From the NCBI RefSeq assembly GCF_018350175.1, contig NC_058368.1:216382001-216446000 (forward strand): a stretch of DNA of 64,000 nt. Reading direction: 5' to 3'. A model generated the notes under the pieces. It made no database searches, was not told the DNA's origin, and was given only the letters and a program-made list of their open reading frames with translations. The position numbers and the translations under genes were made by a program. Below, in pieces: positions 39,650 to 51,722 of the stretch (its first letter is position 1; every line of letters begins with the position of its first letter). This DNA is from Felis catus. Lineage: Eukaryota.

Positions 39650-39857
39650 GGGGCGCCTGGGTGGCGCAGTCGGTTAAGCGTCCGACTTCAGCCAGGTCAC
39701 GATCTCGCGGTCCGTGAGTTCGAGCCCCGCGTCAGGCTCTGGGCTGATGGCTCAGAGCCTGGAGCCTGTTTCCGATTCTGTGTCTCCCTCTCTCTCTGAC
39801 CCTCCCCCGTTCATGCTCTGTCTCTCTCTGTCCCAAAAAAAAAAAAAAAAAAAAAAA
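39650..39857 (+). mobile_element. Young SINEC_Fc with pure A tail
   Basis: Perfect 15-bp TSD agaattgctactttg at 39635-39649 and 39858-39872. Confidence 0.97.
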
Positions 39858-40027
39858 AGAATTGCTACTTTGTTACCAAAAAAAAAAAAAAAAAAAAAAA
39901 AATCACTAGTTGAAATGTAACCTAATACAGCTTCTTAAGTAATGACAACTCAGACTGACCAAAGATAAATAACTAAGTGATGTGCTAGAAAGAAGGGCTA
40001 GAAGACTTCCTTAGGTTTTTGTCTTTA

Positions 40028-40254
40028 TTTTTTTTAAATTTTTTTTTTTAACGTTTATTTTTTTTTTTGAGACAGAGAGAGACAGAGCATGAACGGGGGA
40101 GGGGCAGAGAGAGAGGGAGACACAGAACCAGAAGCAGGCTCCAGGCTCTGAGCCATCAGCCCAGAGCCCGGCGCGGGGCTCGAACTCACAGAACATGAGA
40201 TTGTGACCTGAGCTGAAGTCGGACGCTTAACCGACTGAGCCACCCAGGCCCCCC
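40028..40254 (-). mobile_element. Felid CAN-SINE
   Basis: Perfect 15-bp TSD aggtttttgtcttta at 40013-40027 and 40255-40269. Confidence 0.97.
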
Positions 40255-40329
40255 AGGTTTTTGTCTTTAATGACACATTTGAAGCAAAAAGAAGTAGCAG
40301 AGATCTCTTTACCCAACTGTTTTAAGATT

Positions 40330-40516
40330 TTTTTTTGTTTTTTTAAAATTCATTTTCAAAGGAGAGAGAGAGCAAGGGAAAGAGAGGGATAGACTCTTAA
40401 GCAGGCTCCATGTAAATGCAGAGCCCAACACAGGGCTCAATCTCACAACTCTGATATCTTGACCTGAACTTACATCAAGAGTTGGTCACTCAACCAACAG
40501 AGCCACCCAGAAACCC
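40330..40516 (-). mobile_element. Older CAN-SINE
   Basis: Diverged SINE body ending agccacccagaaaccc. Confidence 0.85.
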
Positions 40517-40584
40517 AAAGATATTTTTTAACAAGATAATAATACATTCAGTTCAAACCTCAGCAAATATTTTCCGATACTTTT

Positions 40585-40790
40585 AAATTTTTTTTAATGT
40601 TTATTTTTGAGAGAGGGAGAGAGTGTGAGCAGGGGAGGGGCAGAGGGAGAGGGAGACACAGAATCTGAAGCAGACTCCAGGCTCTGAGCTGTCAGCACAG
40701 AGCCTGAAGCACAGCCCGAACCCACGAACTGGGAGTTCATGATCTGAGCCGTAGTCGGATGCTTAACTGACTGAGCCACCCACACGCCCC
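40585..40790 (-). mobile_element. CAN-SINE
   Basis: SINE body with imperfect TSD aatatttt..ata.tttaa. Confidence 0.92.
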
Positions 40791-41098
40791 AATATTTTTC
40801 AATATTTTAAGCATAATTCATAACATTATTATTTCAGTCTGTGTTTTAAGGGTTACTAGTGATTATGTATCACTTTTCCTTATGCTGTAATAATCATTTG
40901 CATTTAATGAATTAGCATCTTAGTTTTTGTTCTGTTTAGCAATTTGAACTCAGTGACTCCCTTCCCCTCTGCCCTCACTTGTATGAACTCTTTGGAAAAT
41001 AAGCTCTTTTATTGATAATATTTGCTACTAATAAGTTTCTCTCAAAAACATTTGCTAATACTTACTTTTTCACCCAGGGATTTCACGAATTTCTTTCC

Positions 41099-41433
41099 AT
41101 TAAAACACAAACTGGGGCATGCTAAAAATTTTAAGAGTTTATTTGAGTAAAAATCAATTCCAGTCTGGAAGTGAAATGTCAGAAGTGGTTGGGAGTGCCC
41201 CACCTGGGACAGGAGTTCTGGGAGACACTCATGGGGAAAGAGCAGAAGCCAAGCAAGAACATTTCTGATTGGCTATAGCTTAAAGCGTAGTTAGCGGCTA
41301 GTTATTGGTTGTCCCTAGGGTTTGATTCAGTAACCTTGAGGCATTTCTGTTTTAAGTTTCAGATTGCTTATGTAGGGGACCCCGACATTACAGCCACCTC
41401 AGCCTCCTGGCCTCCTTATTTAATTAATCGAAC
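41099..41433 (-). mobile_element. ERV-type solo LTR
   Basis: aagagtttatttgag...ctgattggctatagc...ttattggttg...ttaatcgaaca. The reverse complement starts with TG and has CCAAT boxes and AATAAA. Confidence 0.5.
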
Positions 41434-42112
41434 ATTACTTTCAGAAGGGATGGCTCGTTCAGAGTCTATAGTGGAAGGCCTTACCAAAGTTTCAGAGGAA
41501 AAAATGTACTTTGAATTCTTTCTTGGAATGACAAATCTTCACATTTTGGTGTTTTTAACCCTGGAGATATATGAAGACTTTACAAAGAGTGCATGGGCAC
41601 CAGTAATTTTTAAGAAATTAATTGATTCTTTCCTGAAATTGGTTTGTTCGATGATATATCTGTGACTTAGGTATCATTGGGATTTTATATTCTAATTTGT
41701 TTGTTTTATAATCACCCTCTGCCCTTTCATTTTATAAAAATAAAGCGGAGTCTTCACCTACCCTAAAATGTTAAAAGGGACAATATTTTCAGTGGTAAAA
41801 TATTTGTGTGTGCCCCAAACAGGGACAGTTCGGAAAATCTGTGCCCAAAGAAGTTTACTTTGCCAAGGCAGCACTCAATCTTGTTGAAGAAGAAATTACC
41901 CCATAAAATTTCACATTGCAGTTCACTGTGTTTTTTAGAATTGAGAGAGGTTGTGATTACTTTTTATTACTAATTGTTACCATCACTAATTCCAGGAAAA
42001 AAAAAGTTTCCTAATTCAGATAATATAAATTGCTTGTAAATAACAAATTAATGTTCTCATTTTTTGGAGAATAATACACTTCTAAAAATATACTTCTTAA
42101 ACATATACTTCT

Positions 42113-42308
42113 TTTTTTTAAGTTTATTTATTAATTTTGAGAAGGGGAGAGGGGGAAGTGAGTGGGAGAGGGGCAGAGAGAGAGAGGAAGAGAGAGAATC
42201 CCAAGCAGACTCCATGCTGTCAGCACAGAGCCCAACTCAGGACTTGATCCCACCAGCTGTGAGATCATCACCTGAGCCGAAATAACCAACTGGCCACCTA
42301 GGCACCCC
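42113..42308 (-). mobile_element. Older CAN-SINE with small deletion
   Basis: SINE body ending ccacctaggcacccc. Confidence 0.88.
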
Positions 42309-42727
42309 TTAAAAATACGCTTCTTAAAAAGTACACTGTATTGGGGTGAATAGTGAAGAAAACAAGATACAAATACAAGTTAAATGAGAAAAAGGAGTGT
42401 AAACATTCTTACTGCTAAAAATAGCATATGGATTCAACTTTAACTTGTATTATGTGGCATATATTTAAAATTGTAATGTAATAGTTTGATTTTAAAATTA
42501 CATTTTTTTTAATAAGGCAGAAATTGCATCTGTTGAAGCTAGTTGAACTTCAGTTGAAAATAATCTGTAGTCCAATATAAAAAATGAGGAGAGGTGCACA
42601 TCTGTATGTTCAAAATAATTTTACAGAAATGGAGGAAAAAAAAGGTTGACAAACTGTCTTGGAGTAAATAGTTTCCAATGGAATTAATTCATTTTGATAA
42701 TAAACAACCAGTGTTTAGATTATCTTT

Positions 42728-42932
42728 AAAAAATTAATGTTTATTTTTGAGAGACAGAGAGAGACAAAGCATGAGCAGGGGAAGGGCAGAGAGAGAGACA
42801 CAGAATCCCAAGCGGGCTCCAGGTTCTGAGCTGTCAGCACAGATCCTGAGGTGGGGCTCGAACCCATGAATCCTGACATCATGACCTGAGCCAAAGTCAG
42901 ACATTTAACTGACTGAGCCACCCAGGTGCCCC
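42728..42932 (-). mobile_element. CAN-SINE
   Basis: 12-bp TSD tagattatcttt at 42716-42727 and 42933-42944. Confidence 0.95.
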
Positions 42933-43576
42933 TAGATTATCTTTGTTTATACTTTGCCAGAGTAAATATTTCAGTAAAAGTACAGAGCAAATATACCTTA
43001 GATCCAAATCCACCACGTTAAACACAAAGTGACAAGAATGCTTTACTACCATTTTCTAACGTAGTCAGAAATAAAACTCTATAACAAGAGTGTATATATA
43101 CCAACATAAAAAGGACCACAATAAATTACTATGTTGCAGAGTTAAAAGGTATAACTCATAGTTCAATATCTCACAGGTGCTATTCTTTTATCTAGAACGA
43201 AAGTATTAAATTAAATGCATAATTACAGGTCAATTTAGTTAAACAAAGACATGTGGATATGCTATGAAAAGGGGATTAGTTAATTTATCTACATATAAAT
43301 ACTAGGCTTTAAAGACAATCTTACTGCATAAGAAAGATGCTATTGCTGTGAAGTGTGTAGGCCAATCGGGTCATATATGTTTTCTTGTTCAATCCTCACT
43401 AAAGGTAGTCCCGATGGATTTAGAGAGAAGTTGTGACAATCTGAAAGTGCCAAAGAGATAATAAATCATTGAAAGATTATCATGAAATGAATACTAACAT
43501 AAAATGAAAGTACTCTACAACAATTATTGTCTAAAGAATTTGGTTTAAAGAATTTTCAACCAAAGAACAATGAAGG

Positions 43577-43697
43577 AAAGAAGACTAAGAAGGAGAGAGA
43601 GAGGAAGGGAGGGAGGGAGGGGAGAAAGGGGAAAAAAAATAAGAAGAGAAGAGAGGAAAGGAGAAAAAAAAAGGGGAAAAAAAGTGAGGGAGGGAAA
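43577..43697. repeat. Purine-rich (GA) low-complexity tract
   Basis: Seen directly. Confidence 0.85.
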
Positions 43698-43707
43698 TGT
43701 ACATCTC

Positions 43708-44072
43708 GCTATGGATTGAATTGTGTGTTTCTCAAATGGATATATTGAAGCCCCAATCCCAATGTGATGGTTTGTGGAGACATAGATTTTGGAAGATAAT
43801 GAGGTTTAGATGAGATCACAATTATGGCTTCCTCCTGATGGGATTAATGCCCTTATAAAATGAGACACCAGTTTACTCTCTCTCTCTGTCTCTCTCTCTG
43901 TCTCTGTCTCTCTGTCTCTCTCTGCCATGTGAGGACAAGACCAGAATGCAGCCATCTGCAAGCCAAAAAGAGATATCTCACCAGAACCTAGCCAAACTGA
44001 GAAAACAGATTTCTGTTGTATAGGCGCCCAGTCTCTCATACTTTGTTATGGCAGCCCAAGCCGACTCTGACA
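43708..44072 (+). mobile_element. MaLR solo LTR (MLT1A-like)
   Basis: gctatggattgaattgtgtg...gatgggattaatgcccttataa...gccatgtgaggaca...tttgttatggcagcccaagc. Confidence 0.85.
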
Positions 44073-44548
44073 CTTCTTACATAGGGGTTTAAGTATCTAA
44101 AATACGAATTGAATGCTGACACACTGGATTTAAAAAAAAAAAAAGCTTTTAATTTTATTTCTTAAGTAATGAACATAATAATATTAGCATGCAATAAAAA
44201 TAGCTCTCATAACATCCCTTCAAACTTCATTTTAAAGTGCTTAATATAGAGAAATAATAATGAATGCCAACGAAAATAATTAAAGTTAATAGGCATAAAT
44301 AACATGCGTAATACCTGCAGATAGAATTGAGATGATGATTTGATGCCAAGAAGGCAAAAATACATTTTTTACAATGCTTGAATTGCACATTTATTTTCTC
44401 CTATAAAAATATTTACTTGTTCCCGTCATTTCTCATAATTGATCTGAAAATATTTGTATATTTAAGAACAAAAGATAAATAAAATTAAAAAGAAAAAAGA
44501 AAGTTTTCATTATTCACAGATAATTAAATTTGAACATAAACAATTTTA

Positions 44549-45012
44549 TTGTATGTATTTTATTTTATTTTTATTTTTTTTTAATTTTTTTTCAACGTTT
44601 ATTTATTTTTGGGACAGAGAGAGACAGAGCATGAACGGGGGAGGGGCAGAGAGAGAGGGAGACACAGAATCGGAAACAGGCTCCAGGCTCTGAGCCATCA
44701 GCCCAGAGCCTGATGCGGGGCTCGAACTCACGGACCGCGAGATCGTGACCTGGCTGAAGTCGGACGCTTAACCGACTGCGCCACCCAGGCGCCCCTGTAT
44801 TTTATTTTTTTAATGTCTGTTTATTTTTGGAAGAGAGAGACAGAGCATGAGCAGGGGAGGGGCAGAGAGGGAGGCAGACACAGAATCTCAAGCAGGTTCC
44901 AGGCTCTGAGCTGTCAGTACAGAGCCCAGTGCAGGGCTCGAATTCAAGAGTGGTGAGATCATGACCTGAGCTAAAATGGGATGCTTAACCCACTGAGATG
45001 CCCAGAAACCCC
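44549..45012 (-). mobile_element. CAN-SINE whose A-tail carries a nested younger SINE
   Basis: Outer TSD taaacaatttta at 44537-44548 and 45013-45024. Confidence 0.92.
44567..44795 (-). mobile_element. Young SINEC_Fc nested in the tail of an older SINE
   Basis: Near-consensus body. TSD tgtattttatttt at 44554-44566 and 44796-44808. Confidence 0.96.
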
Positions 45013-45236
45013 TAAACAATTTTAAACAAATCTATACATAAGTTAAATGGAATTATTAAATGACAGATACAGAATTATACAATGTTAAAATCCATTCATC
45101 AAGTGAATATGAAACACTAAAATTATCCACATACTGCTAAAGTGTTTATTATATTTTATTGTCTTTAAATTTGAGCAGATGCTCTATGACCCAGAAATAA
45201 TTCTATTCTGAGATTATATATACATTTTGGGAATGT

Positions 45237-45287
<51 letters not shown>

Positions 45288-45937
45288 TATATATATTTTT
45301 TTGCATGCACTGGAACCTAGAAAAATATACATAATTTTGATGTGTGTATATTTATAACAAAGTTTATGACAATATTATTCATAACAAATATAATAAATAT
45401 AATAAATGTAAGCTAGAAACTGAAATGTCCAACAGCAGTAGAGTGAACAAAGAAAATATGGTGTATTTATAAAATTAAATAGCATATAGCCATTAAATCA
45501 ATGATGTGTAGCTCCATGCAACACCCTGTATGACTGGAATATATACTGTTCTCAGAAGAAGCCTGATAGAAAATAATAAGTACTATATTATATTCTTACA
45601 AAGTTCAAAAACGGGATAAAAATTGTTGAAAGTGGTTCCCAAGAGAAGCAAGTGTTTCTCACAGTGTCAGGGAAGCAGATAACTTGTGGTAAATAAACGT
45701 TTGTGATTCAAAAGGGGTATTCAGGGGAATGTTGAAAAAATTCCACTTGTGCTGAATTTTGGTCACCACAGTGTGTATTTGCAATCATTTCTCATTTATT
45801 AAGCTTGACAGTCATGTTCCACATACTTTTGTAAATAAGCTCTATTTCAGAAGAAAAGCAATGTTGAAAAAGCTGAAATCAGAATATATATTGCATAATT
45901 AGTCCTGTCCAAATTTTATTGGTGCAGACACATATTG

Positions 45938-46652
45938 ATTGTGATATACATTCATGGTCCCCAAATGGTCATACTTCTCAGAATTCGTGCTTTTGTTTAA
46001 TCACTTCCTACATTGACTCTGGAACTGACCATGTTATGTGTTTCGACAAATGGTATATCAGTACATGTCACAGAAAAAGGGGCTTGAGAAACACTTGTAC
46101 ATGGCCTTTTGACTTCTTCCAATACGGACACTGCTATATACAAAATCTCCACTGAGGGGCCCCTGGTTGGCTCAGTCGGTTGAGTGTCAGACTTTGGCTC
46201 AGGTCATGATTTCACGGCTTGTGAGTTCGAGCCTCGTGTCACGCTCTCCACTATCAGAGCAGGGCCTGCTTTGTATACTGTGTTTCCCTCTCTGTCTACC
46301 CTTCCCCCTATTGCTCTCTCTCTCTCTCCTTCTCTCTCAAAAATAAACAAACATTTAAAAAAGAAAAAAAAGAAAGAAAGAAAGAAAGATATCTAGACTG
46401 ATGAGCTGGTGAGGCCACAGGGACAAGAACCAAGGTACCCCAGCCAAAAGCCCTGGCCCGCTTCTCCATCCTCTTGCCCCACCTCAGCCCCACTTGATCT
46501 GCCAGGAGACTGCAGCCACATGCGGGCTCCCAGGTAAGCCTGACAGAACCGTTAATTGAACTCAGGCTAAACTGTAGAAGCATAAACAAAATAAATGGAT
46601 GTTTTCATTCACTAAATTTTAGAAAGGTTGTTTATATGGCAATAAATAACTA
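45938..46652 (+). mobile_element. MLT1 solo LTR interrupted by a SINE
   Basis: cacttcctacattgactctgg...gactgcagccacatg...aaataaatgg..gttt...tatatggcaataaataac. Confidence 0.65.
46156..46388 (+). mobile_element. CAN-SINE with (GAAA)n tail
   Basis: SINE body with flanking atct..actga. Confidence 0.9.
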
Positions 46653-47387
46653 ATTCTCCATGCGAATAGTTTTGACTATGTTATTATCTTTGGAGTAGAA
46701 AATTGACTTTCGGCATAATATTTAATTCAAATTATCTTAGAAAGTAAATTTTATGTACTTTAAGAAGAATGCAAGCTTCTCAGAAGTATTATCTTGTGTG
46801 AGTAGTACTCAAACTTGGTCACTGATTTGAGTCATCCAGGCAAATTTTAAAGTTAACATCTCTTCCCTTTTCTAGAGATATCTGGAGAGTGGAGAAGGAG
46901 CTAGTTTATCTATTTATCTATCTATCTATATTGAACTTCTAAGAGAATTCTAATGTAAAGTTGAACGTTGAGATATGGATGATTAACAGAAAGGATCTAT
47001 TTAGATTCTAATGTATCCAAAAATAGAATGTTGTCACAATGGACTATTCATAACCAGAAGCAATAGAATAACACACACACACAAAAGACTACACTGATGA
47101 AAAGATCACATCTAATGATCCTTGCATTCTGAAACTCTGTAATTTTCACTTGTCTAGATTTGTTTATGTGACATGTCTTTGTTCAAATGGGGCATGTTTT
47201 TAAATAGCATATTTTTTACTCTAAATAGTAAGCTATGTTTTCTATCTCCTGAACATTGAACAGGTGGCAAATATCTTCTTAAAAGGTTGGTCATCAAGGT
47301 GATTGTTGTGAAGTCAAACATGCCGGGACCAGTCATGACAGTGTTAATGTGCAAAGCAGTTAAGAATAGTTGAATTATGAGAGAAAC

Positions 47388-47418
47388 AGAGGAGGAGAAG
47401 AAGAAGAAGAAGAAGAAG

Positions 47419-47450
<32 letters not shown>

Positions 47451-47496
47451 GAAGAAGAAGAAGAGGAAGAAGAAAGAGAGAGAGAGAGAGAGAGAA
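47388..47496. repeat. Compound (GAA)n-(GA)n microsatellite
   Basis: 17 uninterrupted GAA units at 47397-47447. The tract has a single pyrimidine (T47449). Confidence 0.95.
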
Positions 47497-47744
47497 CTTT
47501 GTGACAAGTCAGGGGGCTGAAATAGAAAAAAAAACATTTTTTTATAATCAGCATTGCATATGAATCAGTAAAGATGTAGGGTCACAAACTGAACACAGGG
47601 TGACTCAGAATAGAAATAGAAAACAACAATAAATAGTGCAAGATAACTTTCTTAAGCAAAATTAGAATGCTTGGCACGCAGTTTTTCTCTCATGAGTTCC
47701 ATGGATGGTTCAGACTGACATCAAGCCAGAGAGCTAAGCACGTT

Positions 47745-47915
47745 TTGAGTCCTTGCTAACAAAAATATGATCCATGGATCAGCAGTATTGGCATAACCTG
47801 GGGCCTTATTAGGAGTTCAGAATCCTGGGTACAAACTAAGATCTACTGGCCCAAGAACTGCATTTTCAAGTTCTTCAGGCAATTCATATTCCTGTTAAGT
47901 TTAACTAACAACATT
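47745..47915. mobile_element. MER5A-like hAT-Charlie MITE
   Basis: gatccatggatcagcagtattggcataacctgggg.cttattag...cagaatc...ctgcatttt.aag. Confidence 0.6.
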
Positions 47916-47926
47916 TTAGGTGGTAA

Positions 47927-48423
47927 TGTATTAATTTCCTCTTGCAGCCTTCAAATATTACCACAAACTTAATGACTTGCAAACAACACAAATATATCAT
48001 CTTACAGTTGTGTGGGTTGGAAGTCAGACATGGGTTTCCCTGGGCTAAAGTCAAGGTATCAGTAGGACTATGTTCCTTTCTGCAGGCTTAGGGAAAAATG
48101 AGTTTGTGTGTTTATTTTTTTGTTTTGCCTTTGACAACATCTAGAGATTACCCACATGACTGAACTCGTGGCCCCTTTCTTCCCTTTTCAAAGCCACCAA
48201 GCAACATTGGACTTCTCTGACCCTCCTTCCATATCACTTATTTCTGTAACTGTAGTTGGCAAAGGATTTACGGTTGTTGGATTCATGTGGTTAGATTGGA
48301 CCCACCTAGAGAATCTAGCATAATCTCTACATGCTGATACTTCCAACCATAATTATATCTGTAATGTGCCCTTTGGTGGATTAGGATGTGGACATTTTCA
48401 GGGACCATAATTCTGCTTACCAC
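47927..48423 (-). mobile_element. MLT1 solo LTR
   Basis: tgtattaatttcct...attaccacaaactt..tgactt..aaacaacacaaat...cttacagtt...ggattaggatgtggacat...ttctgcttaccac. Confidence 0.8.
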
Positions 48424-50070
48424 GGGGGCTTTACTAGGGCAAGGTGGATCTTCTTCACATATGCTATATGATCGGTGGCTCTGGATTCTTTAGATTGAAA
48501 AACGAATCTCCACTGTTTGCTGTTATTGTTGCTTTTGTTTGCTTGTTTTTGTTCACTGCTGTATATATTAGGAACAGTCAGTCGGTTACATTATGGGCTC
48601 TGTCCAGCTCCTTATGCTTCAGCTTCTGAGGACTAAGGATAAACTGTATCGATTATAGTGTATGTTAATTGCAGCCACAGGAGCTCTGACTTTATCCGAA
48701 TGAAGCTTAGCTTTTACTTTGAATTATTTGCTATCAGCCTTCTTCAAAACACCCTGCATGTAATAAAGGTAGTTTTCTAAAATTAAATATCACTCTTAGT
48801 GGTCACATTTTTTTTTTTTTTGAGAAATATGCACCGAAGTTGCCTACCTATCAATCCTCTTTGATTGTATACCAGACTAAAACCTTTTAGCTTTTAGAGA
48901 GGATTGCTTCAAAATAGATAAGGAAGCTATTTCTTATTATACTTTTGGACGGTCCAGGTGAAACAATGCCGATTATAGGGAAATCCATTCAACTTAGGGA
49001 AATGGAGAAATTAGAAAATTGGGATATTAGCCATATTTGAAATTGGCAAATTTAGGAATATCTGATTTTCTTTGATAACATTTAATGGTTTTCTGCTCCA
49101 AGAAAGCAATCAATTGTATTAACTCTAACTTGGCCCAAAATCTGTACATGTGGCCCTCAAAAATAAAATATTTGATGCTGACCCATTTGAGTTACTGCAG
49201 GTAATGAACAATCTCTTGGAATGCTTAGATTCAGAATAATTATGTCGTTTGGTCTGTGAACTACGGCGGCATTATAGATGGCATTCACATTCTATGGAAT
49301 TCTCAAGACGTGAGTCAAAAATGAATAAAAATAAACTCTTTAGAGGAGCAGTCTTAGTATGTTATTATCTCAGCTATCACAGAAAGCAAAATTTTTCTGA
49401 GTGCTCTTTGGTAAATGATTACCTCACCTCCTACACAGTAGCAGTTAACTGCTCTATTGTCCTAATCTGCCTTTTCTCCTGCAGACTCTTCTAGCCTGGC
49501 TTCCTGTTACCCTATCCTCTTGCCTATATCTAGGCTGACTGGTGCAGACTTTTAAATGCATTATTGTTTTTTTGTTTTGTTTTGTTTTATTTTGTTTTGA
49601 TTTTTATCCCGCGGTAGTGCTGTATCATTTGTATAGTAAATCAATTTAGTTTAGCTCAGATTCTTATAACTTTCCAATGAATCATTTATATCACTCAACC
49701 CAGCAATACCCTGGGGCCAGGGGCCAAATACGAAATCATTTTTAATAAATTAGAGGTTGCAGCAAAGGCTAGGATCACTAACTCATTGGTATATATCATG
49801 TAATTTCTCTCATGTATCTAATTGCCAGCTGACAATAACCCCATCGCTTCCTCTCCTTCTTTAAGATCCCATAAAGAAAGGAAGAGAGTGACAGTAACAC
49901 AAATGTTCTCTATTTTATTTTAACATTGTAAATTTGTCACATTTTAGTTTATGGACAATAAATTATTCCCAATACACATTAATTCTGGTCTAATCGCATT
50001 AGAAAGTTACTGTTTTATGGCAGATAAAAAATCACAAAATAATAGTTGAAAATAAATAGGCACACATACT

Positions 50071-50252
50071 AAACCATTCCTTTTTTTTTGAATGTTTATT
50101 CATTTTTTGAAAAGGAGAGAGAGTGTGAGTGGGCAGGGGCAGACAGAGAGAGAGGGAGACACAGAATCTGAAGCAGGCTCCACAGATCCCGAAGAGGGGC
50201 TCGAACCCATGAACCGTGAGGTCGTGACCTGAGCTGAAGTCAGGCACCCCAC
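50071..50252 (-). mobile_element. CAN-SINE with two internal deletions
   Basis: TSD taggcaca(c/t)atact at 50057-50070 and 50253-50266. Confidence 0.9.
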
Positions 50253-50299
50253 TAGGCACATATACTGAAGCCAAATTGCCCCCAAATATTCCTTGCAGG

Positions 50300-50328
50300 C
50301 TGATTTCCTCTTATTCTTACAGGTAAGT
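50300..50328 (+). promoter_or_regulatory. Candidate juxtaposed 3'/5' splice site (recursive-splice-like)
   Basis: ctgatttcctcttattcttacAG|GTAAGT. This is a motif match only. Confidence 0.3.
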
Positions 50329-50500
50329 TAATGTAGACAAAAATTTCAAATTTCATAAAGCTCAAAATACTTATAAGCTGGTTCAAAAGATCATGAATAA
50401 ACATTGACATGAGTGATTACTGAAATCGATTTCGTTCTCTGGGTAGAGGAGACTTACAGTAAGTTTGACCAGCAACACCTCTCTTAGAAACGCTTCCCTT

Positions 50501-50722
50501 GGGGCGCCTAGGTGGCTTGGTTGGTTAAGCGTCTGACTTCTGCTCAGGTCATGATCTCACAGTCCGTGAGTTTGAGCCCCGCGTCGGGCTCTGTGCTGAC
50601 AGCTCAGAGCCTGGAGCCTGTTTCAGATTCTGTGTCTCCCGCTCTCTCTGCCCCTCCCCTGTTCATGCTGTGTCTCTCTCTGTCTCAAAAATAAATAAAC
50701 GTTAAAAAAAAATTTAAAAAAA
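50501..50722 (+). mobile_element. CAN-SINE
   Basis: Perfect 15-bp TSD agaaacgcttccctt at 50486-50500 and 50723-50737. Confidence 0.96.
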
Positions 50723-51606
50723 AGAAACGCTTCCCTTACATACGAGACATTCTATCTTTCCACTATGTTACCCAACCTTCTGGCTGTAATTGATTAAAAA
50801 AGAAAGATGACTGCTCCAAACTGGGCTTATCAGATACTCTGTCTCTGGAATTTAGAAATAGGACGCAGAAAGAGTATACGCATATGACTGAAGCTGTGGG
50901 GAGGGTAAGAGGATCCTCTCCCACCAAAGGTAGGAGCTCTGACAACATTTTAAATCCTTATGCAGGGTCTCTACCTGAAGAACAGCGTCATCCCCAATCT
51001 TGGAATTGGACAAAACAAATTCGGCACCTTGAGTTAGTTTCTGTTCCTTATAATTTATGTGTTGCAATCACGGCACACCAGCAACCTGTCTTCTTTCTAA
51101 TTATGAATATTGACAATTCACTAAGTGATTTGAGGATTCTAATGAATCCTTGCCACACGGTAGTATCTATACGTTCACAGAAGGCTCAGCATTTGGCTTA
51201 TCGGGCAGAACACTCATTTGGGAGACTTCTGTTTTCTCTATACACCGTCTTTTGTACAGCTGAAATGTTAATGTAGAAGCAACTTTTTCTGTTTTCTCAA
51301 CCAAAAAAAAGACTTTCCTGTACTTCAGAGACTAAATTGTAAGTTCTCTTAGTACCAGCACAGTCCATAAAAAGCAGTATCCTCAATGAATATTGTTGTT
51401 TAAATGCATAATTGAATAAATGAGTGAATAAAAAAGGAAATGATGAGATATACAATTTGGGGTATCCAAGAAGGTTACAAATATGTATTTTCTGTGTCCG
51501 ATTTCTGAACAAATTTAGAAGAAAAACACAGCTATGTACAGGCCAAAAGGTCATGTTTATGACAGAAGCTAAGATGGGTTTATGTCAAGTAAATTTCAGC
51601 AATTTT

Positions 51607-51722
51607 AGCCAATCAGCCCAGACAGCATAGACACAGACAAGGTAAACTCTGTGTCGTGACGTAACACAGCCATGAGCAGGCCTGATTCCGAGATGAGGAG
51701 AGGGCAGCTGACTTAGGTAAGC
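51607..51722 (+). promoter_or_regulatory. Candidate promoter: NF-Y box, CRE-like site, splice donor
   Basis: AGCCAATCAG at 51607-51616, GTGACGTAAC at 51656-51665 and AG|GTAAGC at 51716/51717. These are motif matches only. Confidence 0.3.

Larger units (their letters stand above)
44300..45850 (+). mobile_element. Very old L1 (L1ME-like) remnant interrupted by two SINEs and (TA)n
   Basis: tattcacagataa (LFADD remnant); ctatgacccag; aaatgtccaacagcagtagagtgaac...tggtgtattta. Confidence 0.5.

Noticed and set aside
47154..47537. 127-aa poly-Phe ORF
   Set aside because: It is a translation of the (TTC)n strand of the microsatellite.
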